From an uncultured Akkermansia sp. (GTDB taxonomy: Bacteria > Bacteroidota > Bacteroidia > B-17B0 > Aurantibacillaceae), in contig CAZPEC010000008.1 of the NCBI GenBank assembly GCA_964585565.1, positions 8,201-72,200 of the forward strand: a stretch of DNA of 64,000 nt. The letters are read 5' to 3'. This document shows, in pieces, positions 20,901-29,675 of the stretch (position 1 is the stretch's first letter; every line of letters starts with the position of its first letter). The notes under the pieces are model-generated. The model did not search any database and was not told where the DNA came from. It saw nothing but the letters and a program-made list of their open reading frames with translations. The position numbers were made by a program, and so were the translations under genes.

Positions 20901-21863
20901 ATTTACCCCATGGTGTTTGACAAAAAAGAATTAATTGTATGTCAGCTTAACGACCCCGGTTCTTCTGTAAGTACTTCCAGTCAGGTTCCTTTTAAATTTT
21001 ATACCCAGCAAAATATCATATATAAAGGCAAATCAGAAGTAAAAAACGGCGACTTTCAATTCACCTTTATGGTGCCAAAAGATGTTTCATTTGCCTACGG
21101 AAATGCTCGTTTCAGCTTCTACGCAACTAATGGAAACATAGATGCCGGAGGAAATTATGATAGCGTAAAGGTGGGTGGAATAAACCCAAATGCCATTCCC
21201 GACAATGTGGGGCCGCAAATCAAAATGTTCCTGAATAGCAAAAGTTTTGTAAACGGAGGAACCACCAATCAAAACCCCATATTAATGGCAGAAGTTACCG
21301 ACTCCAGCGGCATAAATACCGTAGGAACCGGTTTTGGACACGATATTACCGCCATTTTGGATGAAAATACCAACCGCCCCTACGTTTTAAACGATTTTTA
21401 CGAAGCCAATTTAAACAGCTATCAAAGCGGTACTATTCGTTATCAATTTAAGGATATTCCGGAAGGCCCTCATACCATGAGTCTCAAGGTATGGGATGTA
21501 CAAAACAATTCCAGCACGGCCTATACCGATTTTATTGTTGCCCGAAACGAAGAATTAGCTCTTAATATGGTTTTAAATTACCCCAATCCGTTTACAACAC
21601 AAACCAAGTTTTTCTTTGAACATAACAGAAATTGCGAAGATTTAAAAGTTCTCATCCAGATATTTACCATCAGCGGGAAAATGGCCAAAAGTATTATAAA
21701 AACTGTTAATTGTGAGGGATTCAGGAATGAGGGGATTAGCTGGGACGGACGAGATGATTATGGCGATAAGCTTGGAAGAGGGGTATACTTGTACAAGGTT
21801 ACTGTCTCAGATAAGGACAATAAAAAAGCAGAAAAAATTGAAAAATTGGTAATACTAAATTAG
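17955..21863 (+). CDS. porU: Type IX secretion system sortase/C-terminal signal peptidase PorU (peptidase C25-like)
   Basis: About 1302 aa. Signal peptide MKRVLLIGIVLFCVQLRAQ. C25-like segments YLLLMGRGSYH, NYTGHGGEVGLA and FITATCEFSRYD (Cys). C-terminal beta-sandwich LNYPNPFTTQTKFFFEHN...KLVILN. Confidence 0.88.
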   Translation: MKRVLLIGIVLFCVQLRAQRTAFNNSVTSNKSGKSNIIQINRKGYEKIILKNAHYNPEKKNFPFFLETKSSAQNQRWKAELKILATRPVSVEEREVIQSELGNFLKSNFETTQFYATAGTEEISYCQIYPFRLNGNILEELTNYEINWVPTSYQPTASKVKSSSFKNNSVLASGNWYKIAVPRSGMYRINRSFLISAGINPANINPKNIRIYGNGGKELPHRNSDFRYDDLEENAIFVAGEADNSFDAEDYILFYAQGTVSWQKINSNSGLIFNYSRNTYSDTAYYFLTTDLGPGKRINTVNSLGATPNHITNTYDYYNFHESDQVNFVKSGRNFYGEYFDNTTSYSFPFNDNNFVTGDTIRVECVIAGRSFVNNVYSVTGNGINFNITCTGFDISNYLSDYAHVQKGFSKTLNTNSSNIVISVTKQTANAVAYLDKVAVNARRELVFNNTSFSFRDSRVCAPGNITEYRISASNPSSLMVWNVSDFINPFRQQTNITGNELNYVATADSLQEYVVFNPSFLPPPIAYGKVNNQNLHAIEQADYVIVTHPLFLSQANRLGLLHQQEEGLSYVVVTTQQVYNEFGSGIADAGAIRDFTRMLYWRGKNLTNPRPVKYLLLMGRGSYHNKNGRPGNSNFIPTYQTENSVSYISSVATDDFYGLMDPNEGFVPENFGAMDVGVGRIVVSNPLQADDVVRKIENYYRKGGLPPLTFDNCSPDNNTSIMGDWRNYIMFSADDGDWALHMQQADDLANKVKQIAPSYNIDKVYIDAYKGLSTPGGKRYPDMQAAFNNRVKKGCLVMNYTGHGGEVGLAAERVVDIPTINSWNNINNLPLFITATCEFSRYDDPDRVSAGELCLLNPKGGSVAMLTTCRLAFSNFNKTLNERIFDYLFPTEKGSPYPALGDVIRRTKANLTQFLYYANFHLLGDPALTLAYPRNKVIMSEINGKPISPSSADTIKALSKVTVKGFIADTSGNKLSSFNGLIYPMVFDKKELIVCQLNDPGSSVSTSSQVPFKFYTQQNIIYKGKSEVKNGDFQFTFMVPKDVSFAYGNARFSFYATNGNIDAGGNYDSVKVGGINPNAIPDNVGPQIKMFLNSKSFVNGGTTNQNPILMAEVTDSSGINTVGTGFGHDITAILDENTNRPYVLNDFYEANLNSYQSGTIRYQFKDIPEGPHTMSLKVWDVQNNSSTAYTDFIVARNEELALNMVLNYPNPFTTQTKFFFEHNRNCEDLKVLIQIFTISGKMAKSIIKTVNCEGFRNEGISWDGRDDYGDKLGRGVYLYKVTVSDKDNKKAEKIEKLVILN

Positions 21864-21898
21864 TATCTTTAGCGTTCCTTTGTGGACTTTAAATTAAG

Positions 21899-23137
21899 AT
21901 GAGGAAGTTTCTGTTGATAATACCGGCATTTTTCATTTGCCGTTTTTCGACTGCTCAAATAAGCAGCCAAACACTCAGGGGTACTACGCTAAACCCTATC
22001 ACCACAGCCGTACCCTTTCTACTTATAGGCCCCGACAGCAAGCAAGGCGCCATGGGTGATGTGGGTGTGGCTACAGACCCCGATGCTAACTCTACACACT
22101 GGAATGGCAGTAAACTGGCCTTTACCGAAAAGAAATTTGGCGTTGGGTTAACCGCTACTCCTTGGTTGAGAACTTTGGTTCCTGATATTTATCTATACTA
22201 TCTTACCGGATATTCGAAAATTAATGACAAACAGGCCATTAGCGCCTCCCTGCGTTATTTCACCCTGGGAAATATTCAGCTCACCGATGCGCAAGGAAAC
22301 AACACCGGAGATTTTAAACCCAACGAATTTGCTATCGACTTAGGTTTTTCACAAAAACTATCCAAAAATTTCTCCTTGGGTGTAGCTACGCGCTTTATCA
22401 ACTCCAGTATAAGCCGCGTATTTTTTAATGGACAGCAGGGAAATGCTGCCAGTACGGTAGCAGTAGATTTGAGCATGTTTTACCGAAGTGAGCAATTTAA
22501 ACTGGGTGACAAAAAAGCCTATGCAACATGGGGAGCCGCATTTACTAATTTGGGTGCCAAGATTAAATACAGCACCGAAAAAAATTACATCCCCATGAAT
22601 ATGCGAACAGGTGGAGGTTTAAAGATGAATTTGGACGACTATAACACTTTTGGTTTCTACCTCGACTTTAACAAACTGCTTGTTCCAACGCCTCCTATCT
22701 ACGAATATGCAAAAGATAGTTTAGGCAACACTACACCGAATATTGCCATTGACCCGGTTACCGGAGCCAAGGTAATAAAGAAAGGGAAAGACCCCAACGT
22801 ACCTGTAGCCCAAGGCATATTTCAATCTTTTAGCGATGCCCCCGGAGGGATGAAGGAGGAACTGAAAGAGGTAAACATCAGTTTTGGTATGGAATACGAG
22901 TACAATAAAGTATTTGCCGTACGTGCCGGATATTTTCATGAACCCATCAGTAAAGGTGCCCGACAATTTTTCACTTTGGGAGTTGGCTTTAAATACAGTG
23001 TGGGCAGTGTAGATATTTCATATCTGATTCCTCGAACTATTAACAACCCCTTGCAAAACACTTTCCGTATCTCCCTCTCTTTTTATTTTGATGCAGATAA
23101 GAAAAAAGAAGAGGGACAAACATTGGTTCAACCTTAG
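21899..23137 (+). CDS. porV: Type IX secretion system outer-membrane shuttle protein PorV (LptO)
   Basis: 412 aa. N-terminal TTAVPFLLIGPDSKQGAMGDVGVATDPDANSTHWN is the PorV hallmark. Lies immediately downstream of porU. Confidence 0.88.
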   Translation: MRKFLLIIPAFFICRFSTAQISSQTLRGTTLNPITTAVPFLLIGPDSKQGAMGDVGVATDPDANSTHWNGSKLAFTEKKFGVGLTATPWLRTLVPDIYLYYLTGYSKINDKQAISASLRYFTLGNIQLTDAQGNNTGDFKPNEFAIDLGFSQKLSKNFSLGVATRFINSSISRVFFNGQQGNAASTVAVDLSMFYRSEQFKLGDKKAYATWGAAFTNLGAKIKYSTEKNYIPMNMRTGGGLKMNLDDYNTFGFYLDFNKLLVPTPPIYEYAKDSLGNTTPNIAIDPVTGAKVIKKGKDPNVPVAQGIFQSFSDAPGGMKEELKEVNISFGMEYEYNKVFAVRAGYFHEPISKGARQFFTLGVGFKYSVGSVDISYLIPRTINNPLQNTFRISLSFYFDADKKKEEGQTLVQP

Positions 23138-24588
23138 TAATCGTTGGCCCATTTTGTGTATAAGGCCCAAACTGCCAAAGAATCTGTAAGACAATAGCTC
23201 ATTAAATTCTCTTTTATAAATTGTTTTTCTATTTCGTTATCTTCATTTTTAAACTGTTCAAATGCCTGCATGGCCTCCAGGCCGGTTGAAATATTTTGAT
23301 TTTCAAAAATATTCTTATTCAATACTGCTTCCGATACTGCTTTTAAAGAATAGTTTCCTCTAAAGTCAGGTTGATAGTAATTATCTTGCTGAACAGGGAT
23401 TGATATATCTACCAATTTGTTGGCAACATTGCTTAGTTCGCTTACAAGGTTTGGAAACTCGTTGATAAGCTCATTAATTACCTGTAGTTCCAGGGATTTA
23501 TCATACACCAACAGCGAAGAAAAACTTTTGGTACTTTCAATCAGTGCGGTTGCAAAGTTTATTCTGTCATCGGTATCATAAGCAAAGAAGAAACTTGTTT
23601 GTTCCTCCCTTGAAACCAATGAAAATAAAAAAGGAATTTTTTGAAAAGGTCTGGTGCCTTTTATTTGAGGAAAAGAGGGACCCCATACTTCCATATCTAT
23701 TGCCGCACAGGGAAGTTTTATGTTGTGAATAAAACTTTGCATGGCCGTTTGGTTAACTACCGTTTTATTATGTTTAAACGCTTCTACCTGAACGGCAATG
23801 TGTTTTGGTAGTGTTTTTTTGAGTGGTACTTCCTGTATTTCTGTTATTCCTTCCCGGTACCATTCAAACATTTCTTGTCGAGAAGTTTTTCCTAAAAGAA
23901 AGATACTCCTCTCTCCTATTTTATTCTTCCAACAGGTTTCAAAAAAGTCGCAGGTATACGGGCTAAAACAGTGCAAGCCTATGTCTTTTTCCGGAATGGC
24001 TCCCTTTTCGTCAAGCATGCTTGCATGAAGCAGTCTCTCCTGTATATAGCGATAATTTTTTTCGGCTATTTTACTTATGTTGTTTCGTTTGAAATATGCT
24101 TGAATATTTGGCTCATCACCCAATACATACTCGCTGTTTATTGTCAGTAAAAAAATATCCCTGATGGGGATGATATTTTTTGCTACGTAGTACTGCATAC
24201 AGGCATCTTTCAGGTATATTTCAGAAATTTTTACGGAACTTTTCACTTCATATAGGTCGTACCCGTTTTGGTTATAAACAAGTATGTCTGCCATTATCAA
24301 GGTGTTTTCGTACACCAAAGTAGCCTCATATAAAACAGGGAATTTTTCGCTAATCAGTTTTTGCGTGAGCTTTATTGCCTGTTCTTTCGTATTGCCGGCA
24401 GATACATCTATTCCTCCAGGAAATAATTCTCTGGCTAAAAATCCCACATGGTGACCACGCTGAAAGGTAATGCGTGTATCTACACCCGGTCGATCTCTCA
24501 AATGGTAAAAGTGCCGATAAAAATAATACGCCTTATCACACTGTTCCAGTTTAAGAAAGGCTGTTTTGCTAAGATACCCGGAGGCCAC
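23134..24588 (-). CDS. DUF2779-like protein: Cas4/RecB-type PD-(D/E)xK nuclease domain with a 4-Cys cluster, plus a C-terminal exonuclease-like domain
   Basis: 484 aa. N-terminal LSKTAFLKLEQCDKAYYF. D...E-x-K in ADILVYNQNGYDLYEVKSS. Cys triad HCFSPYTCDFFETCW. GTG start 2 nt after the rpe stop. Its stop overlaps the porV stop (convergent). Confidence 0.6.
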   Translation of the reverse strand: MASGYLSKTAFLKLEQCDKAYYFYRHFYHLRDRPGVDTRITFQRGHHVGFLARELFPGGIDVSAGNTKEQAIKLTQKLISEKFPVLYEATLVYENTLIMADILVYNQNGYDLYEVKSSVKISEIYLKDACMQYYVAKNIIPIRDIFLLTINSEYVLGDEPNIQAYFKRNNISKIAEKNYRYIQERLLHASMLDEKGAIPEKDIGLHCFSPYTCDFFETCWKNKIGERSIFLLGKTSRQEMFEWYREGITEIQEVPLKKTLPKHIAVQVEAFKHNKTVVNQTAMQSFIHNIKLPCAAIDMEVWGPSFPQIKGTRPFQKIPFLFSLVSREEQTSFFFAYDTDDRINFATALIESTKSFSSLLVYDKSLELQVINELINEFPNLVSELSNVANKLVDISIPVQQDNYYQPDFRGNYSLKAVSEAVLNKNIFENQNISTGLEAMQAFEQFKNEDNEIEKQFIKENLMSYCLTDSLAVWALYTKWANDY

Positions 24589-24589
24589 T

Positions 24590-25237
24590 TTAGGATTTTA
24601 ATTGGCTTATTGTTTCAAGCGGATTAGCGGAAGCAAAAACCGTATTTCCGGCAACCAATACATTTGCTCCATGCTCAATCAATTTTCGGTAATTTTTTAA
24701 ATCAACCCCACCATCAATCTCTATCAATAAATCGGGATTTAATTGCCTTTTCATTTCATTGAGTTGTTTCACTCTGGAGTAGGTGTTCTCAATGAATTTT
24801 TGTCCTCCAAAACCGGGATTCACGCTCATCACACAAACCAAATCAATATCACCAATAATATTTTCCAGTAAACTTACCGATGTGTGAGGGTTAATGGCTA
24901 CTCCGGCTTTCATACCACTGTTTTTTATATATTGAATGCTTCTATGCAAATGGTTGCAAGCCTCGTAATGAACAGTTAATACGGCGGCGCCGGCATCTTT
25001 GAACTGCTGCACATACCGGTCAGGATCCACTATCATAAGGTGCACATCCAGAGGTTTTTTTGCGTGTTTTTGTATGGCTTTTAGCACCGGAAAACCAAAG
25101 GAAATATTAGGAACAAAAACGCCATCCATGATATCAATGTGAAACCAATCGGCTTGGCTGTTATTTACCATTTCACAATCACGCTGTAAGTTTCCAAAAT
25201 CAGCCGATAAAATAGAAGGGGCTAGCAAATGACTCAT
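24590..25237 (-). CDS. rpe: Ribulose-phosphate 3-epimerase
   Basis: 215 aa. Motifs HIDIMDGVFVPN, HLM and SVNPGFGGQKF. Confidence 0.93.
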   Translation of the reverse strand: MSHLLAPSILSADFGNLQRDCEMVNNSQADWFHIDIMDGVFVPNISFGFPVLKAIQKHAKKPLDVHLMIVDPDRYVQQFKDAGAAVLTVHYEACNHLHRSIQYIKNSGMKAGVAINPHTSVSLLENIIGDIDLVCVMSVNPGFGGQKFIENTYSRVKQLNEMKRQLNPDLLIEIDGGVDLKNYRKLIEHGANVLVAGNTVFASANPLETISQLKS

Positions 25238-25425
25238 AAAATAAGCGCTAAGGTACGAATTTGTGAAATTTAGCCTGTTTTGAAATGAACAAGAAGTTTT
25301 ACGAAATCATAACCTGCTGATAATCAATTTTATTGATGATTAAATCTTTTTTAGTACATTTATTGCTGCCAAGCATTAAACTTTATTCTTTAATTACCAT
25401 CAAAGAAGCAAAACAACTCAACCCC

Positions 25426-26400
25426 ATGAAAACAAACAAAATTATTTTAAGCCTGGGTTTACTCGCAATAACCGGGCTGATGCTGTTTAGTTCTTGCAAA
25501 AAAAGAAGAGCATTTAAAAACGAGGACGGACAAGTTTCTATAGATAACAGAGCCGCACAAAGTGAAAATGATGCTGCTATAAGCGACGTAAACGATGTAA
25601 TTAGTAATACCCCTTTAATGAAAGGAAAATCTGCCAATGAAAATGCCGTTGCCGGCACCAACGGAATTTTAGGAAATATTTGTGGATTACAAGTAGATAC
25701 CAACGGAGCCTACATGGGAACCATAAAGCTTAACTATACCGGAGTTACCTGCAATAATCGAACCAGAACCGGATCCATTAAACTAACCATACTGGATTAT
25801 GCTTCCGGTAAACGCTGGAAACAAGCCGGTACCATTTTAAAGGTGGATTACTTGGATTATAAAGTTACACGCGCTTCTGACGGAAAAAGCGTAAAATTAA
25901 ACGGAACACAAAATGTTACCAATATAAGCGGCGGCACCTGGTTTGAGTTATTATTTCTTGGCCAGGCAGAACTGGTTCACTCCGTTACTGGAAACAACCT
26001 CAGCGTTACCTTTGACGATAACAAAACTGCCACCTACAACATTCACCGAAAATTTACCTACACCTGGGCTAACTCTGTTCTTACCGCCAAAGGTGAAGGA
26101 ATTGGAAGCCATGATAACCTAAGTAATTTAGAAAATTGGGGGACTACTCGCGATGGTGATTCTTTTACCAGCCAAGTGTTAAAGCCTGTAATTTGGAATA
26201 CAACCTGCGGTGCTTGGGCACCCATTCAAGGAGAAGTTGAAATTAAAGTTTCTAGTAAAGAATTTACCTTAAAGGGAACCTTTGGAGTTGATAAAGACGG
26301 AAACCCCGTTTCGGTTAACGCCAACTCCTGCCCCTACGGCTGGAAATTGGAGTGGACCAGAAAAAATAAAACCAACAAAAAAATATACGGTTATAAATAG
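25426..26400 (+). CDS. Lipoprotein of unknown function
   Basis: ATG at 25426 gives MKTNKIILSLGLLAITGLMLFSSC (lipobox). The ORF-track start at 25333 is an unsupported extension. A terminator follows. Confidence 0.6.
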   Translation: MKTNKIILSLGLLAITGLMLFSSCKKRRAFKNEDGQVSIDNRAAQSENDAAISDVNDVISNTPLMKGKSANENAVAGTNGILGNICGLQVDTNGAYMGTIKLNYTGVTCNNRTRTGSIKLTILDYASGKRWKQAGTILKVDYLDYKVTRASDGKSVKLNGTQNVTNISGGTWFELLFLGQAELVHSVTGNNLSVTFDDNKTATYNIHRKFTYTWANSVLTAKGEGIGSHDNLSNLENWGTTRDGDSFTSQVLKPVIWNTTCGAWAPIQGEVEIKVSSKEFTLKGTFGVDKDGNPVSVNANSCPYGWKLEWTRKNKTNKKIYGYK

Positions 26401-26421
26401 TCGTTAAATTACCTATTCCAG

Positions 26422-26460
26422 GCCTTGTTTTTCTTAGCAGAAAAACAGGGCTTTTTTGTT
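26422..26460 (+). terminator. Intrinsic terminator
   Basis: GCCTTGTTTTTC / GAAAAACAGGGC stem (one G-U pair in RNA) with a 6-nt loop, followed by TTTTTTGTT. Confidence 0.7.
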
Positions 26461-26519
26461 AAATTATTTTTTTTTACTAACTTGGTATAAGGTTTGTATT
26501 ATCTACAAAAAATAACAAC

Positions 26520-27302
26520 ATGAAAATATTTTACCTCATTAGTTTTTTGGCAACAGTGTCTCTTGTTTCCAATGCGCAGACGTCACAAACTAAAAATGCC
26601 TCTGCTGCCACAAACTGTGGGTGTCCGGGTGAGGTATGGAACACCTCAAATGTTTCCAAACCAAATGTTGCTTTCTCTGCCCCGGGTGTTTCTAAAAGAG
26701 TTATGTTTACCGATTTTGGATTCTCCATTCCCCATAACGCAAGCATAACCGGTGTAGAAGTGAACTTCTCTTATTCAACGACTGCAAGTGGTATTGATTT
26801 AGACGACCAGGCAGTTATGCTCCTTTATTGGGGCAATTTATCAGGAAGCGATAAATCGAGTTTAACGGGCAATTATACCGGTACGGGCAGTGTAACCCTT
26901 GGCGGGGCCTCAGATACCTGGGGAATAGGGCTTTTTCCATCCGATGTTAATTCCAGCAGCTTTGGTTTTAACTTTAAATTAAACAGTGCCCAAACAGGTA
27001 TTCTATTTTCTTTTTTGAATGGAGTGTCTATGACGGTGTATTATACCACCCCTACCGGAATAAAAAAATCGCAAACATCAATGGCCGGCAACCGAGTTTT
27101 TTTGAACGAAGGAAAGCTCCATTTTTCACATCAACCGGAAGAAGGAACCGAGCTTACCATTCATAATCTACTGGGGGAAAAGGTTATTTCTACTTCAAAT
27201 ATTAAAGACGGGGTAGATATAGGACAACTCCCCGGTGGTGTGTATGTTTACACACTTCAAAAAGGAAATCAAAAGCAGAGTTCTAAATTTATTATTGAAT
27301 AG
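26520..27302 (+). CDS. Secreted protein with a T9SS C-terminal sorting domain and an uncharacterised N-terminal domain
   Basis: Signal peptide ...LVSNAQ. The C-terminal ~70 aa (LTIHNLLGEKV...LPGGVYVYTLQKGNQKQSSKFIIE) matches the Por secretion tail pattern. Confidence 0.7.
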   Translation: MKIFYLISFLATVSLVSNAQTSQTKNASAATNCGCPGEVWNTSNVSKPNVAFSAPGVSKRVMFTDFGFSIPHNASITGVEVNFSYSTTASGIDLDDQAVMLLYWGNLSGSDKSSLTGNYTGTGSVTLGGASDTWGIGLFPSDVNSSSFGFNFKLNSAQTGILFSFLNGVSMTVYYTTPTGIKKSQTSMAGNRVFLNEGKLHFSHQPEEGTELTIHNLLGEKVISTSNIKDGVDIGQLPGGVYVYTLQKGNQKQSSKFIIE

Positions 27303-27314
27303 TACCCTCTCTTC

Positions 27315-28130
27315 TTAGTACTGCTCTTTTTCGTTAGGAAAGTCGCAGCTTTTTACATCCTTTATGTATTGCTTGAATGCATTTCCCATGATTTCGTATA
27401 AATTCAAATAACGACGTAAAAAGCGGGGATTAAATTCATGGGTCATTCCTAACATATCATGGGTAACAAGTACTTGCCCATCTACACCTCTTCCTGCTCC
27501 AATACCTATAACGGGTATTTTGAGTTTTTTGGCTACCTTTTCGGCAAGTGCTGCCGGAATTTTTTCCAAAACCAAAGCAAAACAGCCGTATGCCTGCAAT
27601 AACTCCGCATCTTCGATCAATCTTTCTGCTTCGTCTTTTTCCTGGGCTCTTACGGCATAAGTCCCAAATTTATAGATACTTTGTGGTGTTAATCCCAGGT
27701 GACCCATTACCGGAATGCCCGCCGTCAGAATCCTTTCGATAGATTCTTTTATTTCTTTTCCTCCCTCTAATTTTACGCTATGTGCACCGCTTTCTTTCAT
27801 TATGCGGATGGCGGAGTTTAGTGCTTCCTTAGAATTTGCCTGATAGGCTCCAAAAGGTAAATCAACCACTACCAGTGCTCTGTCAATAGCTCTTATTACG
27901 CTGCTGGCATGATAAATCATTTGGTCTAATGTAATAGGCAGCGTGGTTTCGTGTCCGGCCATTACGTTACTTGCGCTATCGCCCACCAATATCACATCTA
28001 TGCCGGCATGGTCAATTATCTTGGCCATAGTGTAATCATAGGCCGTAAGCATGGATATTTTCTCTCCATTTTGCTTCATTTCCTGAAGCGTGTGAGTGGT
28101 TATTTTTTTGTACTCTTTGTAATGTGACAT
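27315..28130 (-). CDS. panB: 3-methyl-2-oxobutanoate hydroxymethyltransferase
   Basis: 271 aa. Motifs MLTAYDY, VGDS, VVDLPFG and GHLGLTPQS. Confidence 0.92.
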   Translation of the reverse strand: MSHYKEYKKITTHTLQEMKQNGEKISMLTAYDYTMAKIIDHAGIDVILVGDSASNVMAGHETTLPITLDQMIYHASSVIRAIDRALVVVDLPFGAYQANSKEALNSAIRIMKESGAHSVKLEGGKEIKESIERILTAGIPVMGHLGLTPQSIYKFGTYAVRAQEKDEAERLIEDAELLQAYGCFALVLEKIPAALAEKVAKKLKIPVIGIGAGRGVDGQVLVTHDMLGMTHEFNPRFLRRYLNLYEIMGNAFKQYIKDVKSCDFPNEKEQY

Positions 28131-28141
28131 GGAACCTTTTT

Positions 28142-28178
28142 TAAAAATAAAACCCCAATCTTTTAACTGAGATTAGGG
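28142..28178 (-). terminator. Intrinsic terminator after the 28203-28685 gene
   Basis: On the minus strand, a CCCTAATCT / AGATTGGGG stem of 9 bp (one G-U) followed by TTTTATTTTT. Confidence 0.6.
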
Positions 28179-28202
28179 TTTTGAATGGTTATGCAATATA
28201 CA

Positions 28203-28685
28203 TTAGTATGCCGAAAAACCTTGCTTTTCGGTTACTTTATTTTCAATTAACAAGCCAACACAAGCCGCATCAGCCGCTTTATGCTTATCTTTCTCGGTAG
28301 CTCCCTGAGGAACCATTACCTCAATAACCAATTGGCGGGTGCTTACACTTTGAAACTCAAATTGCTGGGTATTATCTGCCGAGGCATTATCAAAAAGCAA
28401 TTCGTTGGTTCTTCCATCAAATATTTTGAAATTAACCTTATCGCCCAAAACGGTTTCGCAGCATACAGAGATACGGTAATCCATACCCTTGTATATAACG
28501 CAACGCAATTTGCAAGCCATACCTTGGCTAAATAAACCGCTTCGGCTTTGTGCATTATAAGTCCATTTTTCCTTTGACTTTTCAAACACACAGTATTTTT
28601 TATGAAACTGACCGCAAACGCCTGCCTGAGAAAAAGAAGCGTGAGCTAAGAATAAGAATATGATGGTTAAAAAAATGTTTTTCAT
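28203..28685 (-). CDS. Secreted Cys-rich protein of unknown function
   Basis: 160 aa with signal peptide ...AHASFSQA, eight Cys residues, and a terminator downstream. Confidence 0.55.
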   Translation of the reverse strand: MKNIFLTIIFLFLAHASFSQAGVCGQFHKKYCVFEKSKEKWTYNAQSRSGLFSQGMACKLRCVIYKGMDYRISVCCETVLGDKVNFKIFDGRTNELLFDNASADNTQQFEFQSVSTRQLVIEVMVPQGATEKDKHKAADAACVGLLIENKVTEKQGFSAY

Positions 28686-28694
28686 AGCAATATT

Positions 28695-29585
28695 TTATTT
28701 AATTTGGGTATACGAGTTCCTCATGGTTTTAACTTTTTCCACAATTTCTTTGTAAACGGCCTCGCTCATCATGAGCTGAGAACCTCCGCCAATTAACTTG
28801 GCATTTTTTCCATCTTTAGCTTCCACTTCTTTTTCGGTAATTTTTCCATATACAGCCAATAGCTCTTCAAAATCTTTTTTTACCGCAGCAACATTTGCAT
28901 CAGATTCATGTTTTTTCAAAAACTCAATCAAATTTTCGAGCGTATACTTTTGATCTGCCAAACGCTCCATTACGGGGCTGTTGGCTTCATATTTTGCCAA
29001 TTGTGTGGCTATAAATAAACTTTCAATCCATCCTCCGGCAACAACCAAGGCTAAGGTGGGGCCTTGCTTGCTGTCTTCCAAGGTTTCAAATGAAGAGAAA
29101 TAAATATCATCGGTAATTACTGCCAACGAATCTGGTGAACCTACGTTAGACTCCAAACGCTTTAAAATTTCAGGCTTAATGGCTGTGGAAACACCAATTT
29201 GATCGCCCATCATCTTAACCACTTTAAAATATTTAAGGGCTTCTGAACCGATTTCAAAAATACTGCAGTAACTCAAATCGCAGCTATATACACCAAAATT
29301 AAGTGCTTTACTGCGGTTATCATTATAATTTTTATGGTTATCGGGCGGGTTAAGGAACGTAGTGTTTTTAGACTTTCCTCCAACCATTTTGATGAATGTC
29401 AGCATCTCACCCGGAGAGGGGACCTGAAAAAAGGTTTCAGATACCGGCGACTCAATGTTGGTTTCTGTTTTAACGGAGTCAAGCGCCATGTTATCGTCTG
29501 ACTTACCGTCTTTCTCTCCGCAGGATGTAAGAAGTGCCGAAGCCAGCACCAGCGAAGTAAAGTAGTTTATCTTTTTCATATTCAA
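28695..29585 (-). CDS. Lipoprotein of unknown function
   Basis: 296 aa with lipobox LLTSC. Lies 9 nt upstream of the 160-aa gene on the same strand. Confidence 0.6.
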   Translation of the reverse strand: MNMKKINYFTSLVLASALLTSCGEKDGKSDDNMALDSVKTETNIESPVSETFFQVPSPGEMLTFIKMVGGKSKNTTFLNPPDNHKNYNDNRSKALNFGVYSCDLSYCSIFEIGSEALKYFKVVKMMGDQIGVSTAIKPEILKRLESNVGSPDSLAVITDDIYFSSFETLEDSKQGPTLALVVAGGWIESLFIATQLAKYEANSPVMERLADQKYTLENLIEFLKKHESDANVAAVKKDFEELLAVYGKITEKEVEAKDGKNAKLIGGGSQLMMSEAVYKEIVEKVKTMRNSYTQIK

Positions 29586-29675
29586 TTGTTGTGTTTAACG
29601 TAAACCGCCTTGGCGAGTTACAAATCAAAAATAAAATTAAGGTTTTTTTTTGTTTTACAGAAATACCGGTTGCTG

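Noticed and set aside
25350-25375. Short palindrome ATCAAT-TTT-ATTGAT upstream of the 25426 lipoprotein gene, considered as an operator.
   Set aside because: The arms are only 6 bp, in A+T-rich DNA, and there is no second copy or adjacent regulator gene.
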